The translations under genes and the position numbers were made by a program. This document shows, in pieces, positions 28,993 through 39,960 of a stretch of 64,000 bases of DNA. Origin of the DNA: Terriglobia bacterium (GTDB taxonomy: Bacteria > Acidobacteriota > Terriglobia > 20CM-2-55-15); NCBI GenBank assembly GCA_965218585.1, contig CBDCLE010000024.1, positions 224,001 through 288,000 of the forward strand. The letters run 5' to 3'. Position 1 is the first letter of the stretch, and the number at the start of each line of letters is the position of its first letter. The notes under the pieces were generated by a model. That model did no database searches. It was not told the origin of the DNA and saw only the letters and a list, made by a program, of their open reading frames with translations.

Positions 28993-30090
28993 TCACCCCA
29001 TCAGATAGATTAGAGTCAGCGGTATCAGAAAAAACATCGCCGCGACATAGACAAACGGAATCAGTCTCGAGCGTATCGCTAAATCCGCCATCATGTTTGC
29101 ACAATAGAGCGGAATCGAGCGTATCGGCCAGACGATCGCGATACCGAATACATTAAAGAGAACATGCGCGAACGCTACCGTCACGGCAGCGGAGTTCCCT
29201 GTGACCAGGGCTGCCAGCATTGCCGTAATAGTTGTTCCCAGGTTCGCTCCCAGAGTCATCGGGAAGATCTGACGAAGAGTCAGGATGCCGGCGCCAGCCA
29301 ACGGCACAGCAAGTGACGTTGCAATCGAACTGCTTTGAACCATGATTGTCAGGACAACACCGAAGAGGAACGCACGAGTTGCGGTCCTGAAGAGAATCGT
29401 ATCGAAAAAGGCTTCGACGCGCGCGACTACAAGAGCTTTCAAGTTGATGATGATATAGCGAAGCGCAAGAAAGAGGAGCACGATTGATATCAGCAGCATC
29501 ACCGTCCCGGACTCGCCCGCCGCCGCGGCGATGAAGGCGGCCATCGGATCGACGATCAATTTGATCGGGTTAACGAGGGTAAAGCCTCCGGAATTCCGGA
29601 GCCAGCCTTCAAGAACTGTCGACAGGCGCCCCAGGAAATTTGTCGTGAGCTGGAGAGGGAACAGGATCAATACGGCCAGGATATTGAAGAAATCGTGCAC
29701 GGTCGCAGCGGCGAAAGCGCGGCGGAACTCTGAGGGGCGCGACACGTGACCCAACGACACCAGGGTATTTGTTACGCTGGTTCCGATATTGGCTCCGATG
29801 ATGATCGGTATGGCTCCGGGAACCGTCAGCGCCCCCCCGGCAACGAGGCCCACGGTCATCGACGTCGTCGTTGATGAGCTCTGCACAAGGCTTGTGGCCA
29901 GGACACCGATAAAGATCCCGACAAAAGGATTTGATGTCGTTGTCAGCAATTGTTCGGCGAATCCCTGTCCGAAGAACTGAAAAGAATCACCCATCAAGGC
30001 GATGCTCACAAAGAACGCATACATCAGCAGGAGAAGCAGTCCGAGCCGGACCAGGCGTGGGACGTCTTTCTTATCTAGGGTCGATGACAC
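28993..30090 (-). CDS. Na+/phosphate cotransporter (NptA/SLC34-like)
   Basis: Duplicated VQSSS and GAN(I/L)GT motifs; AFAAATVHDFFN. Confidence 0.92.
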   Translation of the reverse strand: MSSTLDKKDVPRLVRLGLLLLLMYAFFVSIALMGDSFQFFGQGFAEQLLTTTSNPFVGIFIGVLATSLVQSSSTTTSMTVGLVAGGALTVPGAIPIIIGANIGTSVTNTLVSLGHVSRPSEFRRAFAAATVHDFFNILAVLILFPLQLTTNFLGRLSTVLEGWLRNSGGFTLVNPIKLIVDPMAAFIAAAAGESGTVMLLISIVLLFLALRYIIINLKALVVARVEAFFDTILFRTATRAFLFGVVLTIMVQSSSIATSLAVPLAGAGILTLRQIFPMTLGANLGTTITAMLAALVTGNSAAVTVAFAHVLFNVFGIAIVWPIRSIPLYCANMMADLAIRSRLIPFVYVAAMFFLIPLTLIYLMG

Positions 30091-30251
30091 CGGTGATAAA
30101 CGCCCTCTTAATTAGGTTCCGTTTCGCTCGTGCGGATCGTCTGGAAGTCCACAGTGATAGTTGATCCCTACGGGGGAGTCAACCATATTTCTGACCATGT
30201 TAACGGGGGTGTTCCCAAGAGTGGTCCACGCACCTGGCGGAGAGGGATCTG

Positions 30252-31076
30252 ATGGGTTTCGCCGAGTGGCTCAGCCTTGTATTTTTCGGTTCGCTTACAG
30301 GTCTGGCGTGCGGGATTTGGATTGAACCCAAGCGTCGCCGACAAGCTGTCGGGCTTGGTTTTTTGGGAACATCGGCGACGCTTTTTCCTCTGCTCCTGGT
30401 CCGAATTGTTGATTCGGAGTGGGCCGCTGTATTTCGCGACTGGATGCCTGCATTGCTCCTGCTGTTAGCGTATTGGCAGGCGGGCCGATTTTTCGTCGGA
30501 CCGAACAAGGAGTTGCAGAACAGGTTGCGAAAGATTGACGAAAGCTTCGGAGAGCGCCTGAGGCTGCTTCGAGCGTTTAGCGAGTGGGTCTGGATCGGGC
30601 GGATTCTGGAGCTGGCGTACCTTCTCGCCTACCCCATCGTTCCACTGGCCCTGGCCTTCCTTTACCTGTCTGGCCTGTCTCACCGTACCGATTATTTCTG
30701 GGCGGTGGTGTTGGGAGCTACATATCCGTGCTACGGCGCTCCCGCATTCTTCCCGACCCTGCCGCCACGCTTCAAGGACGGAGCCATGGTGGATACTCTT
30801 CGAGCAAGAAATGGAGTCTCGAGAAAGCTGAACTTGTGGATATTGGATCGTTTCGGGATTGGAGCCAATACTTTCCCGAGTGGTCACGTTGCCGCGACGT
30901 CGGCATGTGCACTTGTCCTCTTACGCGAAATACCGCAGACAGGCATCCTGTTTGTGATCCTCGCGATAAGTGTCGCCTTGAGTGTCGTCGTCAGGCGCTA
31001 TCACTATGTCCTGGATGCTGTTCTGGGGATTCTTTGGGCTACAGCGGTGTGGTTCTTTGTCGGGATCGTTTTCTGA
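30252..31076 (+). CDS. PAP2-family membrane phosphatase/phosphotransferase
   Basis: PTLPPRF, NTFPSGHVA, RYHYVLD; multiple TM segments. Confidence 0.85.
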   Translation: MGFAEWLSLVFFGSLTGLACGIWIEPKRRRQAVGLGFLGTSATLFPLLLVRIVDSEWAAVFRDWMPALLLLLAYWQAGRFFVGPNKELQNRLRKIDESFGERLRLLRAFSEWVWIGRILELAYLLAYPIVPLALAFLYLSGLSHRTDYFWAVVLGATYPCYGAPAFFPTLPPRFKDGAMVDTLRARNGVSRKLNLWILDRFGIGANTFPSGHVAATSACALVLLREIPQTGILFVILAISVALSVVVRRYHYVLDAVLGILWATAVWFFVGIVF

Positions 31077-31092
31077 TATAGACAGACTTCTT

Positions 31093-31196
31093 CTGTAGGT
31101 GCGGTGGCCGCCGCCCGGAGCCGGCGACTGTAGCATGCCTTAGCATGGGGCCCACCGTCCCCTGGACGGTCCTCCCATGCCCGACCGCACCTACAG
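31093..31196. repeat. GTAG-type REP-like element between convergent genes
   Basis: Perfect 13-bp terminal inverted repeat CTGTAGGTGCGGT / ACCGCACCTACAG with internal hairpins (GCATGGG..CCCATGC; ACCGTCC..GGACGGT). Confidence 0.65.
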
Positions 31197-31205
31197 TCGG
31201 ACATC

Positions 31206-31445
31206 TTAGCGTACGGATCCGATCAGAAAGCCCTTCAATATCTGGAGTCCAACCAGAAGAATCATCGGTGAAAAGTCCAGACCGCTCATGGGAGGGAGTG
31301 CGCGCCGGATGGGGCCCAGCAGCGGTTCCGTCACGCTGTCGACGAACTGGGCGATGGGGTTGTCGTGTGGCAGCTGAACCCATGAAAGAATCACTGCAAC
31401 AAACACGATCAGCGAATACAGATCGATGATGTTGATGAGGATCAT
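31206..31445 (-). CDS. yggT: YggT family membrane protein
   Basis: ILSWV..NPI..VTEPLLGPIRR.LP..GLDFSP. Confidence 0.92.
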   Translation of the reverse strand: MILINIIDLYSLIVFVAVILSWVQLPHDNPIAQFVDSVTEPLLGPIRRALPPMSGLDFSPMILLVGLQILKGFLIGSVR

Positions 31446-31452
31446 GTCCCGC

Positions 31453-33066
31453 TCAGACCAGTGACGTCAGAAATCGTGGCGCGCGCCGGTGTCCGGTTGC
31501 CTGTTCATAAGCGAACGCGAGTCCCAGGAGCAGAGGTTCTGTCCATGCCCGCCCGATGAAGGAGATGTTAACGGGCAGCTCTCCGAGAAATCCCATCGGT
31601 ACGGTGACGCTTGGGTAGCCCGCCACGGCCGCCGGGGTGCTGCTGGACCCGGTGCCCGAGTCGCCGCTGACATGGTCGGTAACCCATGCGGGTCCGCCTG
31701 TCGGTGCGATGATAGCGTCCAGGGTGTTCTCGTCCATCACCTGATCGATACCTTCGCTTTGCGAGAAACGAAGGTTGTTTCTGAGCGCGTCTATATACGC
31801 CTGTTCGGTCAACGGCCCTTTTGCTTCGGCTTCGATCAGGATGTCCTGTCCGAAGTAGGGCATTTCGCGGCTGGCGTTTGCGGAGTTGAATTCGATGATC
31901 TCGGCCAGGCTTCCTACGGGCGCATCTGGTCCGAGAGAGTCCAGGTAGCTGCTAAGTCCGTCCTTGAATTCGTAAAGCATGACCTCAAAACGAGTGTCTG
32001 CGTATCGGTCCAGGTTGGGAATGTCGGCAGGATCGACGATCTGGGCACCCGCATCGCGAATAACCTGGATCTGGGACTCAAACACTTCCATGACAGCTTC
32101 ATCAAAGTCGAAGTTGCGGGCTACGCCGATGCGGGCTCCTCCGAGGCTCCCGGGATCGAGAAACTGTGCATAGTCGGTTTCGGAGGGTCCGTCGCTTGAA
32201 TTGGTGGCCGGATCACGCGGATCGACACCGGTCAGTGCGCCCAGGACCAGCGCAGCATCCGTCACGGTTCGGGTCATCGGTCCTGCCGTGTCCTGGGTCG
32301 CCGATATCGGGATGATTCCGGAACGGCTCACGAGCCCGACCGTCGGTTTGATGCCGACGATTCCGTTTCGCGACGCCGGGCAGACGATCGAGCCGTTGGT
32401 TTCGGTACCGATAGCCAAGGGGGCCAGATTTGCCGAGACAGCAACGGCCGAACCCGAGCTTGACCCGCACGGGTTGTGATCCAGCACGTAGGGGTTTCTG
32501 CACTGTCCGCCGCGACCACTCCATCCACTGGAGGAGTCACGGGACCTGAAGTTGGCCCATTCACTCAGGTTTGCCTTGCCGAGGATGACGGCGCCGGCCG
32601 CTCTCAGTTGCTGGGCAAGGAAAGAATCCCGAAGCGGCGTGGACCCTTCGAGGGCTAGCGACCCGGCGGCGGTCGTCATCTGATCTGCCGTATCGATATT
32701 GTCTTTCAAGACAATGGGGATGCCGTGGAGTGGGCCGCGCGGCCCCGTGGTTCCGCGCTCCTGGTCCAACGCGTCGGCAATTACGAGCGCTTCCGGATTC
32801 GTCTCGATCATCGACCGCAGTTCCGGTCCGGAGGTGTCGAGTTCGGCGATCCGATTCAGGTAGAGTTCAGTGATGGAGACCGAAGTCATCTGACCCGATG
32901 CCAACTGTTCCCCAAGCCCGGACACAGTGAATTCGTCCAGTTGGAAAGGGGAAACCGCGACCGCATTCTGGGAGCCGTCTGTCTCGGGCTCCTCGGTCCC
33001 GCAGCCGGCGGCGATAGCCGCGCTGCCTAATACTGTGGAAACGATGAATCGGCGGCGATTGATCAT
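31453..33066 (-). CDS. Amidase signature family enzyme (peptide amidase-like), Tat lipoprotein
   Basis: NRRRF..IAAGC; GPLHGIPIVLKDNIDT, GKANLSEWANFRS, GSSSGSA, IGTETNGSIVCP. Confidence 0.93.
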   Translation of the reverse strand: MINRRRFIVSTVLGSAAIAAGCGTEEPETDGSQNAVAVSPFQLDEFTVSGLGEQLASGQMTSVSITELYLNRIAELDTSGPELRSMIETNPEALVIADALDQERGTTGPRGPLHGIPIVLKDNIDTADQMTTAAGSLALEGSTPLRDSFLAQQLRAAGAVILGKANLSEWANFRSRDSSSGWSGRGGQCRNPYVLDHNPCGSSSGSAVAVSANLAPLAIGTETNGSIVCPASRNGIVGIKPTVGLVSRSGIIPISATQDTAGPMTRTVTDAALVLGALTGVDPRDPATNSSDGPSETDYAQFLDPGSLGGARIGVARNFDFDEAVMEVFESQIQVIRDAGAQIVDPADIPNLDRYADTRFEVMLYEFKDGLSSYLDSLGPDAPVGSLAEIIEFNSANASREMPYFGQDILIEAEAKGPLTEQAYIDALRNNLRFSQSEGIDQVMDENTLDAIIAPTGGPAWVTDHVSGDSGTGSSSTPAAVAGYPSVTVPMGFLGELPVNISFIGRAWTEPLLLGLAFAYEQATGHRRAPRFLTSLV

Positions 33067-33078
33067 CTTTTCTCCGTG

Positions 33079-33666
33079 TCAGCGGAGGGAATCGACCTGG
33101 AGTTTTGAAGCAATAGTGTCCAGGCTGCTCACTCCTTCTGCGTGGATGGCAAAGCCGTAACGGCGTTTCGGATCAGCTTCGCGAATCAGTGTGTGGTCAG
33201 AGCCCAGGAGCCGTTCTATAGTGGACTCGATCGCCGGCCGGAGCTCACGATCGGTCTCTTCGGTATTGGGCATGTTCAGCCGGTCGTTAAAGGAAAGTTC
33301 CCAGAAGCCCGGCCGGGGTGAGAGATCGGACGGATATTCCGGCTCCCCCATGAGCGCTGCTGACAAGGCGAGACACCGCCGGAAGGTTTCCATCAGGCGC
33401 TCTTCGATAGTCCCTTCCAGATCGCGCTTGTTGACATAGAGTATGCCGGGTCCCGGGTCGGCCAGGTCGAGTGCCAGGTTCCCCTGTTTACCGATGATCA
33501 TGATTCCGGGTCCTTTAGCTACGTGGGCGTAATCGGCCATGTCAATCCAGCCCGAAGGGTGTCCCCCATCCTCGCGCCAACGAGCGAAAACGTCGAGCAG
33601 CGGCTCCAGTACGATCTGGTCTCCTCTGTCAGTGAACAGTTTGAGGTTGATTCTTTGCAGTTCCAT
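33079..33666 (-). CDS. Conserved hypothetical protein co-transcribed with sulfite reductase
   Basis: 195 aa, starts 7 nt after the reductase stop; IDMADYAHV..GPGI, FNDRLNMPN motifs. Confidence 0.75.
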   Translation of the reverse strand: MELQRINLKLFTDRGDQIVLEPLLDVFARWREDGGHPSGWIDMADYAHVAKGPGIMIIGKQGNLALDLADPGPGILYVNKRDLEGTIEERLMETFRRCLALSAALMGEPEYPSDLSPRPGFWELSFNDRLNMPNTEETDRELRPAIESTIERLLGSDHTLIREADPKRRYGFAIHAEGVSSLDTIASKLQVDSLR

Positions 33667-33673
33667 TCAGGTT

Positions 33674-35812
33674 TCAGGCTTTCGTGTAGACCGTCTGCGC
33701 CTGTTCGAGGAAGAGGGCCGCCTCTTCTACACGACGCCTGGAATCATCGGCCGAGAATTCCTTGCCGTTTCCTTCTTTCGCCCTGAAAAAGTTTTCCGCG
33801 AAAGGCTTGTAGAACTGACCTGTGTCATAAAACCTTTTCCGAAATTCGCCGACACTGTCGTAGTTGTCCGACAAAAGGAGACCCTCGGTCGACAGCAGGG
33901 CATCGGCAGCTTTCATGGTTGCATCCATCGCCCCTTCGGCGGCTTCCTGATAGCGTTCTTCATCCAGGGCCAACGTGGCTTCGAAAACCAGACGGTCCGC
34001 TTCCTCCAGCATGAACTCGGCCTGATCCACCATTGCACCGGCGCACTCCCCGACTCCGGTTTCCTTGTGGTACTTCCACGTTTGCCGGCTGTCGAGGTAG
34101 AGTTCGGGTGTCTCCTCGAAGCGGGGGAGCGTAAGATCTTCGATCGCGGACTTCAGACGGGCCTTGCCGAGCCGTTCCACGAATTGGGAGAACGTCTCGT
34201 CTTCCTGTTTTTCTACGGAATACAGGTCGGTCAGGCGTTGGACCACTCGCGTCGCGTTACGCGCAGGGACTTTCGCGGTGACCAGTCCGTAGGACGCCGC
34301 ATTGCCTTCCCCGGTGCCGCCAAGGACCACCTGAAAGACCGGGGCCGTATAGGCGCCCTTGCGTTGGACTGAACCGAGGAATCCGATGTCGGCGATGTGG
34401 TGCTGACCGCAGGAGTTGAAGCACCCACTGATCTTGATCTTGATGTCCTCCCGACGGGCTATCTCTGCCATGCCACTGTTGAACTGTTTATCGAAGTCCG
34501 CAGCCAGGCCGCGGGAGGATGTAATGCCGAGCTTGCAGGAATCGGTGCCGGGGCAAGCGGTGATGTCTGCCATGCGGTTAGCTCCCGCACGGTCGAGCCC
34601 GATGCGTTTGAGATCGTCGTAGAGAGCAGGCAGATCTCTGTTTGAAACCCAGCGGAGAAGCAGGTTCTGGGTAACCGTCGTGCGCGCCGTATCACTGATG
34701 TAGTTGGTGCAGACGCTCGCCAGTTCCCGAAGTTGGTCTGCAGTGATATCCCCGAGAGGAAGAAACACTTCGACCATTGAGTAGCCGTCCTGAACCTGGG
34801 GCCGGACGTTTGTTTCGAACCAGGCCTTAAACCGAGAATCGGTCTGCGCCTCGGGGTCGAGCGTGGATCCGGGTTTCAGCGGCTGTTCAATATAGGTAGA
34901 CGCTTTGGCGATCGCGCCCTCCCACTCCGGGTCGTCGGGTAGCTTCGCGCGCTCTTCTTCAACCAGGCGCCTAAACTCGTCTATCCCCAGAATGTTGACC
35001 AGGAACTTCATTCGTGCCCGATTTCTGTCGTCTTTCTCTCCGAGGCGTGCGAACACGCGAGACATCGCCTGCGCTAGGGGTAGCATCTCGTCGGCGGGAA
35101 CGAACTCGCTATAGAGTTTCGCCTGGTGGGGAATTGCGCCGAGGCCACCCCCGACGTAGACCTTAAAGCCCTGGACCTTCTGTCGGCCTTCCTCGCGCAC
35201 CATCGCCACTGCGCCGATGTCATGCATTTTGGCTAGGCCACAGGGTTTGTCCTGGCATCCGGAGTATGCAATCTTGAACTTCCGTCCGAAGTTCTGCGCA
35301 TCGGGATGGCGCAGGAGGAAAGCGGCCATCGCCTGGGCGTGGGGCGTTGGATCGAATTCTTCGGTAGAGCACACACCCGCTTCCGGACAGCCCGTTACGT
35401 TGCGGACGACATTGCCGCAGGCTTCCCGGGTCGTAATTCCAACCTCTGCCAGCCTCCGCATGAGGTTGGGTGTGTCGTCGATGTCCACGAAGTGGTACTG
35501 AACATCCTGGCGGGTCGTGATGTGGCTGATGCCGTCAGCGTATTCCTCCGACAGATCAGCCAGTTGAATCATCTGTTCGATGGTCAGCATCCCCAACGGT
35601 ATCTTTATGCGTTGCATTTGGACGCCATCCTGACGCTGTCCATAGACGCCGTGCCTGAGCCGGAACTCCAGAAAGACCTTTTCCGACATCTGGCCGGTCT
35701 GGACGCGTTTGAGTTGCGTCTCGAAGACGTCAATCTCGTCGCGGATATCTTTAGGCAGATGGGCCCATCGATCTTCGGGCTGCGGTTCGGTGGGTGTTTC
35801 AGTTGTTGCCAT
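33674..35812 (-). CDS. sir: Siroheme-[4Fe-4S] sulfite (nitrite) reductase with C-terminal HEPN-like extension
   Basis: FRLRHGVYGQRQ, HITTRQDVQ, ACGNVVRNV, RKFKIAYSGC, ACPGTDSCKLG, KISGCFNSCGQH, GVGECAG; divergent from cys operon. Confidence 0.9.
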   Translation of the reverse strand: MATTETPTEPQPEDRWAHLPKDIRDEIDVFETQLKRVQTGQMSEKVFLEFRLRHGVYGQRQDGVQMQRIKIPLGMLTIEQMIQLADLSEEYADGISHITTRQDVQYHFVDIDDTPNLMRRLAEVGITTREACGNVVRNVTGCPEAGVCSTEEFDPTPHAQAMAAFLLRHPDAQNFGRKFKIAYSGCQDKPCGLAKMHDIGAVAMVREEGRQKVQGFKVYVGGGLGAIPHQAKLYSEFVPADEMLPLAQAMSRVFARLGEKDDRNRARMKFLVNILGIDEFRRLVEEERAKLPDDPEWEGAIAKASTYIEQPLKPGSTLDPEAQTDSRFKAWFETNVRPQVQDGYSMVEVFLPLGDITADQLRELASVCTNYISDTARTTVTQNLLLRWVSNRDLPALYDDLKRIGLDRAGANRMADITACPGTDSCKLGITSSRGLAADFDKQFNSGMAEIARREDIKIKISGCFNSCGQHHIADIGFLGSVQRKGAYTAPVFQVVLGGTGEGNAASYGLVTAKVPARNATRVVQRLTDLYSVEKQEDETFSQFVERLGKARLKSAIEDLTLPRFEETPELYLDSRQTWKYHKETGVGECAGAMVDQAEFMLEEADRLVFEATLALDEERYQEAAEGAMDATMKAADALLSTEGLLLSDNYDSVGEFRKRFYDTGQFYKPFAENFFRAKEGNGKEFSADDSRRRVEEAALFLEQAQTVYTKA

Positions 35813-36145
35813 GGTCGGCTTCTCCGTCGTTTTTGATTTAGCTGCCTATTCTATATTAGATTGGTCCAGTTTATCTACAATCAGCCAGGATTGCACGATC
35901 GCATGGGTGATTCTGGCGGTTTGAGATCGCCGAGTAAACGAATAAATATCTGATTATAAATACATTATTCAGGCCGGTGATATGAGGTCGGGCGGTCACG
36001 TATTCTTGACTAATCTTATAAAGTAACTATAGAATCTACTAATCGCCAGCCGTCCCCAATCGGCACTGGCGGAAACGGGGAATTGTTCCTCCAGTTGAAC
36101 TGATAGCCGAAAGTCGGTCGCTGACACCAAAAGGAACTAATAGTC

Positions 36146-36916
36146 TTGGAATTCAATATTCTACTACCGGTTGCAGGTTTCGTAGTCGGAGTTGTTGTGG
36201 GCATGACGGGCGTCGGTGGAGGCGCACTGATGACACCCGCTCTGATCTTCGGGTTGGGCGTGCCGCCAGTCGTTGCCGTTGGGACAGATCTGATTTTCGC
36301 CGGCATCACTAAATCGATTGGAGTCTGGGCCCATCGGGTTGAGGGCAACATTGACTGGTCCGCGATGCGTTTGCTTGCGTACGGCAGTATCCCTGCAACA
36401 ATCATGTCGATAGTGATTCTGAATCGGGCGGGGTCTCGAGAAGGTTTGAATGCAGCCGTTTTGCCGGTCCTGGGGGGCGCTCTTCTGCTGACCGCGCTTG
36501 TCGTTGCCTTGCGTGGCCGAGTTGCTGCGGTTGCCCAGCGCTTATCCCGAGAATCAGATACGCTGGCCCCCGGTTGGATCGTTTTCTCCGGCGTGATCCT
36601 GGGGTGCCTGGTGACGCTCTCCTCCGTCGGAGCGGGGGCACTGGGGATTGCGGTCCTTTTGGTCTGCCGGCCAGCAATGGAGTCGAAGCGCATCGTGGGC
36701 ACGAATCTTGCGCATGCATTGCCCCTGGCATTGGTAGCCGGTGTCGGGCACTGGACTCTCGGGACTGTTGATTTCGGTTTATTGGCCGCGTTGCTGATCG
36801 GGTCGATTCCCGGCATCTACATGGGGAGTTCGTTGACCGGAAAGGTCCCGGAACCGGTGTTGCGTGGCGTGCTGGCAACGGTCCTTGTGGCCGCCGGCTT
36901 AATGTGCATTCTCTGA
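36146..36916 (+). CDS. TauE/SafE-family sulfite/sulfate-related permease
   Basis: VGMTGVGGGALMTP, AVGTDL, SSVGAGALG, VGTNLAHA, GSIPGI. Confidence 0.9.
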   Translation: MEFNILLPVAGFVVGVVVGMTGVGGGALMTPALIFGLGVPPVVAVGTDLIFAGITKSIGVWAHRVEGNIDWSAMRLLAYGSIPATIMSIVILNRAGSREGLNAAVLPVLGGALLLTALVVALRGRVAAVAQRLSRESDTLAPGWIVFSGVILGCLVTLSSVGAGALGIAVLLVCRPAMESKRIVGTNLAHALPLALVAGVGHWTLGTVDFGLLAALLIGSIPGIYMGSSLTGKVPEPVLRGVLATVLVAAGLMCIL

Positions 36917-36940
36917 AACTATCTGAATCCATCTGAAGAG

Positions 36941-37651
36941 ATGACAAACGCAGACGTTTCCAAAGAAATAATGTCCCAGCGGGTAGAGGGCGTCATAGCT
37001 GTTTTGAGGGATGTCGTCTCCTCGTCGGCTCCGGCTGCGTTTGCTTCCAGTTTCGGTGTCGAAGACATGGTTCTTCTCGACCTGATCGCCACCCATGCCC
37101 GCGAAATAGAAGTGTTCACCCTCGACACAGGCAGGTTGCCCGAAGAGACATACCGATTGATGTCCAAGGCCAGGGAGCGCTATCCGGTTCCTGTTCGCGT
37201 GTATTGTCCCGAAGGGCAAGCCCTCGGAACATACATCGAGCGGAACGGTCCGGACGCCTTCTATCAAAGCGTCGCGCAAAGACGCGAGTGCTGCCACATT
37301 CGCAAGGTGGAACCTCTGGGACGTGCTCTGGAAGGAAAAAAGTCGTGGGTGACAGGTTTGAGACGAGACCAGTCGCCGACGCGTGAAAACCTCGACATCA
37401 AACTCTGGGACAAGACCAACGGTATTTTCAAGTTCAATCCTCTTCTAGAGTGGGGCGTAGACGAGGTGTGGGCCTACATTCGTACCAACGATGTTCCCTA
37501 TAACAGTCTCCACGACGCCGGCTATCCCAGTATCGGTTGCGGACCGTGCACGCGTGCGGTCGAGCCAGGTGAGGATATCCGCTCCGGCCGCTGGTGGTGG
37601 GAGAGTGCCGATTCCAAGGAGTGTGGCCTGCACGCGGCCAAACAATCGTGA
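36941..37651 (+). CDS. cysH: APS reductase ([4Fe-4S]-type CysH)
   Basis: [43 protein letters not shown]. Confidence 0.93.
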   Translation: MTNADVSKEIMSQRVEGVIAVLRDVVSSSAPAAFASSFGVEDMVLLDLIATHAREIEVFTLDTGRLPEETYRLMSKARERYPVPVRVYCPEGQALGTYIERNGPDAFYQSVAQRRECCHIRKVEPLGRALEGKKSWVTGLRRDQSPTRENLDIKLWDKTNGIFKFNPLLEWGVDEVWAYIRTNDVPYNSLHDAGYPSIGCGPCTRAVEPGEDIRSGRWWWESADSKECGLHAAKQS

Positions 37652-38559
37652 TCATGGATGTGAAAGCGCACTCGAGCCACCTCGACGTTCTTGAAGACGA
37701 GTCGATCTTCATTCTTCGGGAGGTTGCGGCAGAATTCCGGAACCCGGTCATCCTGTATTCGATCGGTAAGGATTCCAGTGTCCTGGTTCACCTTGCAAGG
37801 AAAGCGTTTCATCCCGCGCCGATCCCGTTTCCCCTGTTGCACATCGATACGGGATACAAGTTCCAGGAGATGATCGAGTTTCGCGACCGGTTCGCGGCAT
37901 CGATTGGCGCCCGCCTGATCGTACATCGGAACGAGGAGGCTATTGCGTCCGGAGCGCACCCTCTGAAACTCGGCGTGGCTCGATGCTGCGGGCAGCTGAA
38001 GACTGAAGCGTTGCTCCAGGCACTTGAAGAACATGAGTTCGATGCGGCGATCGGAGGTGCCCGCCGAGATGAGGAGCGCTCCCGGGCAAAGGAGCGCGTT
38101 TTCTCTTTCAGGGACGCGTTTGGTCAGTGGGATCCCAAGAATCAACGCCCTGAACTCTGGCATGTGTTCAACACACGTGTTTTCGAGGGCGAGAGTATGC
38201 GCGTGTTTCCGCTGTCGAACTGGACCGAAGCCGACATCTGGCACTACATTCGCAGGGAAGAGATTCCGATTGTTCCTTTGTATTTTGCCAAGGAGCGCCT
38301 GGTCGTCGAGCAGGGACCAAATCTCATTCCGGCCGACGACGCCGGGAACGTCAAGGAAGGGGAGGTACCCAGGACGATGTGCGTCAGGTTTCGGACACTG
38401 GGCTGTGCTCCCTGCACAGGGGCCGTGGCTTCGGAAGCGACGACGTTGGATGAGATTGCCATTGAAGCAGCCGCAGCTATTCGCAGTGAACGTGGGACGC
38501 GCGTGATCGATCATGGGGCCAACACCATGGAAGACAAGAAGAAGGAAGGCTACTTTTGA
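37648..38559 (+). CDS. cysD: Sulfate adenylyltransferase subunit 2
   Basis: [54 protein letters not shown]. Confidence 0.96.
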   Translation: MIMDVKAHSSHLDVLEDESIFILREVAAEFRNPVILYSIGKDSSVLVHLARKAFHPAPIPFPLLHIDTGYKFQEMIEFRDRFAASIGARLIVHRNEEAIASGAHPLKLGVARCCGQLKTEALLQALEEHEFDAAIGGARRDEERSRAKERVFSFRDAFGQWDPKNQRPELWHVFNTRVFEGESMRVFPLSNWTEADIWHYIRREEIPIVPLYFAKERLVVEQGPNLIPADDAGNVKEGEVPRTMCVRFRTLGCAPCTGAVASEATTLDEIAIEAAAAIRSERGTRVIDHGANTMEDKKKEGYF

Positions 38560-39890
38560 CCTCGACAACGACTCCGATTGGCATCGATCAGATAAAACTG
38601 CTGAGGCTGACGACGGCCGGCAGCGTGGACGACGGGAAGTCCACATTGATCGGCCGCCTTCTTGTGGACACGAAAGGAGCTTTCGAGGATCAGATTGCGG
38701 CCGCCACCGATTACAACGAACAGCGCGGCGGGCGGGGAATGGACTTTGCGCTTCTGACCGACGGCCTGCGCGCGGAGAGGGAGCAGGGCATCACGATTGA
38801 TGTAGCCTACCGATACTTCGCGACACCCAAGCGAAGATTCATCATCGCCGATACTCCGGGACACGAACAGTACACGCGCAACATGGTGACGGGCGCCAGC
38901 ACGGCAGACCTGGCGCTGATCCTTGTCGACGCGAGAAACGGTATGGTGACCCAGTCCCGCCGCCACATCTGTATTGCCCATTTGCTCGGGATCACCGACT
39001 TCGTTATCGCGATCAACAAGATGGATCTGATGAACTATTCCGAGTCCATTTACGCCGAGATCAGGGATCAGTTTACCGATTTCTTCGAGCGGCTCGGTGT
39101 CCGCCATGCGCGGGCGCACAAGGCCTGGTACGTTCCCATGTCTGCATCCGAAGGAGATATGGTCGTGGAACGTGGCGATCAGATGGGATGGTATCGGGGA
39201 GAAACATTGCTCGAACTGCTCGAATCTGTAGAGCCGGCCACAGATGTTTCCACCGCCGGTGTCCGCTTTCCGGTGCAGATGGTCTCCCGCCCCCAGACCA
39301 AAGAGCTTCCGGATTTCCGGGGGTACATGGGACGTATGGCATCGGGGAGTCTCTCGGTTGGAGACACGGTCCGCGTCCTCCCTTCGGGACTATCGAGCCG
39401 GGTGAAGAGCATCGTTACTTTTGATGGGGAGCTTGACAGTGTCGAGGCGCCCCGATCGGTGACAATCACTCTGGAAGACGACATCGACATTTCCAGGGGG
39501 GACACGATCGTGGGTGAAGGTGACGATCCCCGGATCACCAAGGAATTTGCAGCCACGATGTGCTGGATGTCGGACGCTTCGCTGGAGAGTGGTAAGAAGT
39601 ATTTGATCAAGCACGGTTCACGGACGACCAAAGCTCTCGTTTCACGGGTCGACCACCTCATCGACGTCAACTCGCTCAAGACAACGCTCGAGACCGATGC
39701 CGAGGACCGAACGTTCGAGAAGAACGATATCGGTCGAGTCCAGATCAAGACACTACAGCCGTTGGTCTGTGACGCCTACCGGTCGAATAGGGAAACCGGA
39801 GCGTTTATCCTCATCGACCCCGTCAATCACGACACGCTCGCCTGTGGCATGATCGACCTGCCTCGCGACGGTTTCGCACCCAACATTTAA
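38556..39890 (+). CDS. cysN: Sulfate adenylyltransferase subunit 1 (no APS-kinase domain)
   Basis: [45 protein letters not shown]. Confidence 0.96.
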   Translation: MTSTTTPIGIDQIKLLRLTTAGSVDDGKSTLIGRLLVDTKGAFEDQIAAATDYNEQRGGRGMDFALLTDGLRAEREQGITIDVAYRYFATPKRRFIIADTPGHEQYTRNMVTGASTADLALILVDARNGMVTQSRRHICIAHLLGITDFVIAINKMDLMNYSESIYAEIRDQFTDFFERLGVRHARAHKAWYVPMSASEGDMVVERGDQMGWYRGETLLELLESVEPATDVSTAGVRFPVQMVSRPQTKELPDFRGYMGRMASGSLSVGDTVRVLPSGLSSRVKSIVTFDGELDSVEAPRSVTITLEDDIDISRGDTIVGEGDDPRITKEFAATMCWMSDASLESGKKYLIKHGSRTTKALVSRVDHLIDVNSLKTTLETDAEDRTFEKNDIGRVQIKTLQPLVCDAYRSNRETGAFILIDPVNHDTLACGMIDLPRDGFAPNI

Positions 39891-39960
39891 GAGTCTGTCC
39901 CCTTAATTGCAGTATAGTTTGCTCTTGTTGCAGATTCTGCAGGTTTGGAGACCGTACGCG

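Noticed and set aside
33674-34040. HEPN-like domain as toxin or defence RNase
   Set aside because: No RxxxxH motif seen and it is fused to a metabolic enzyme
35840-36045. Rrf2/CymR-type operator in the AT-rich sir/tauE divergent region
   Set aside because: Plausible location but no clean palindrome could be defined by eye
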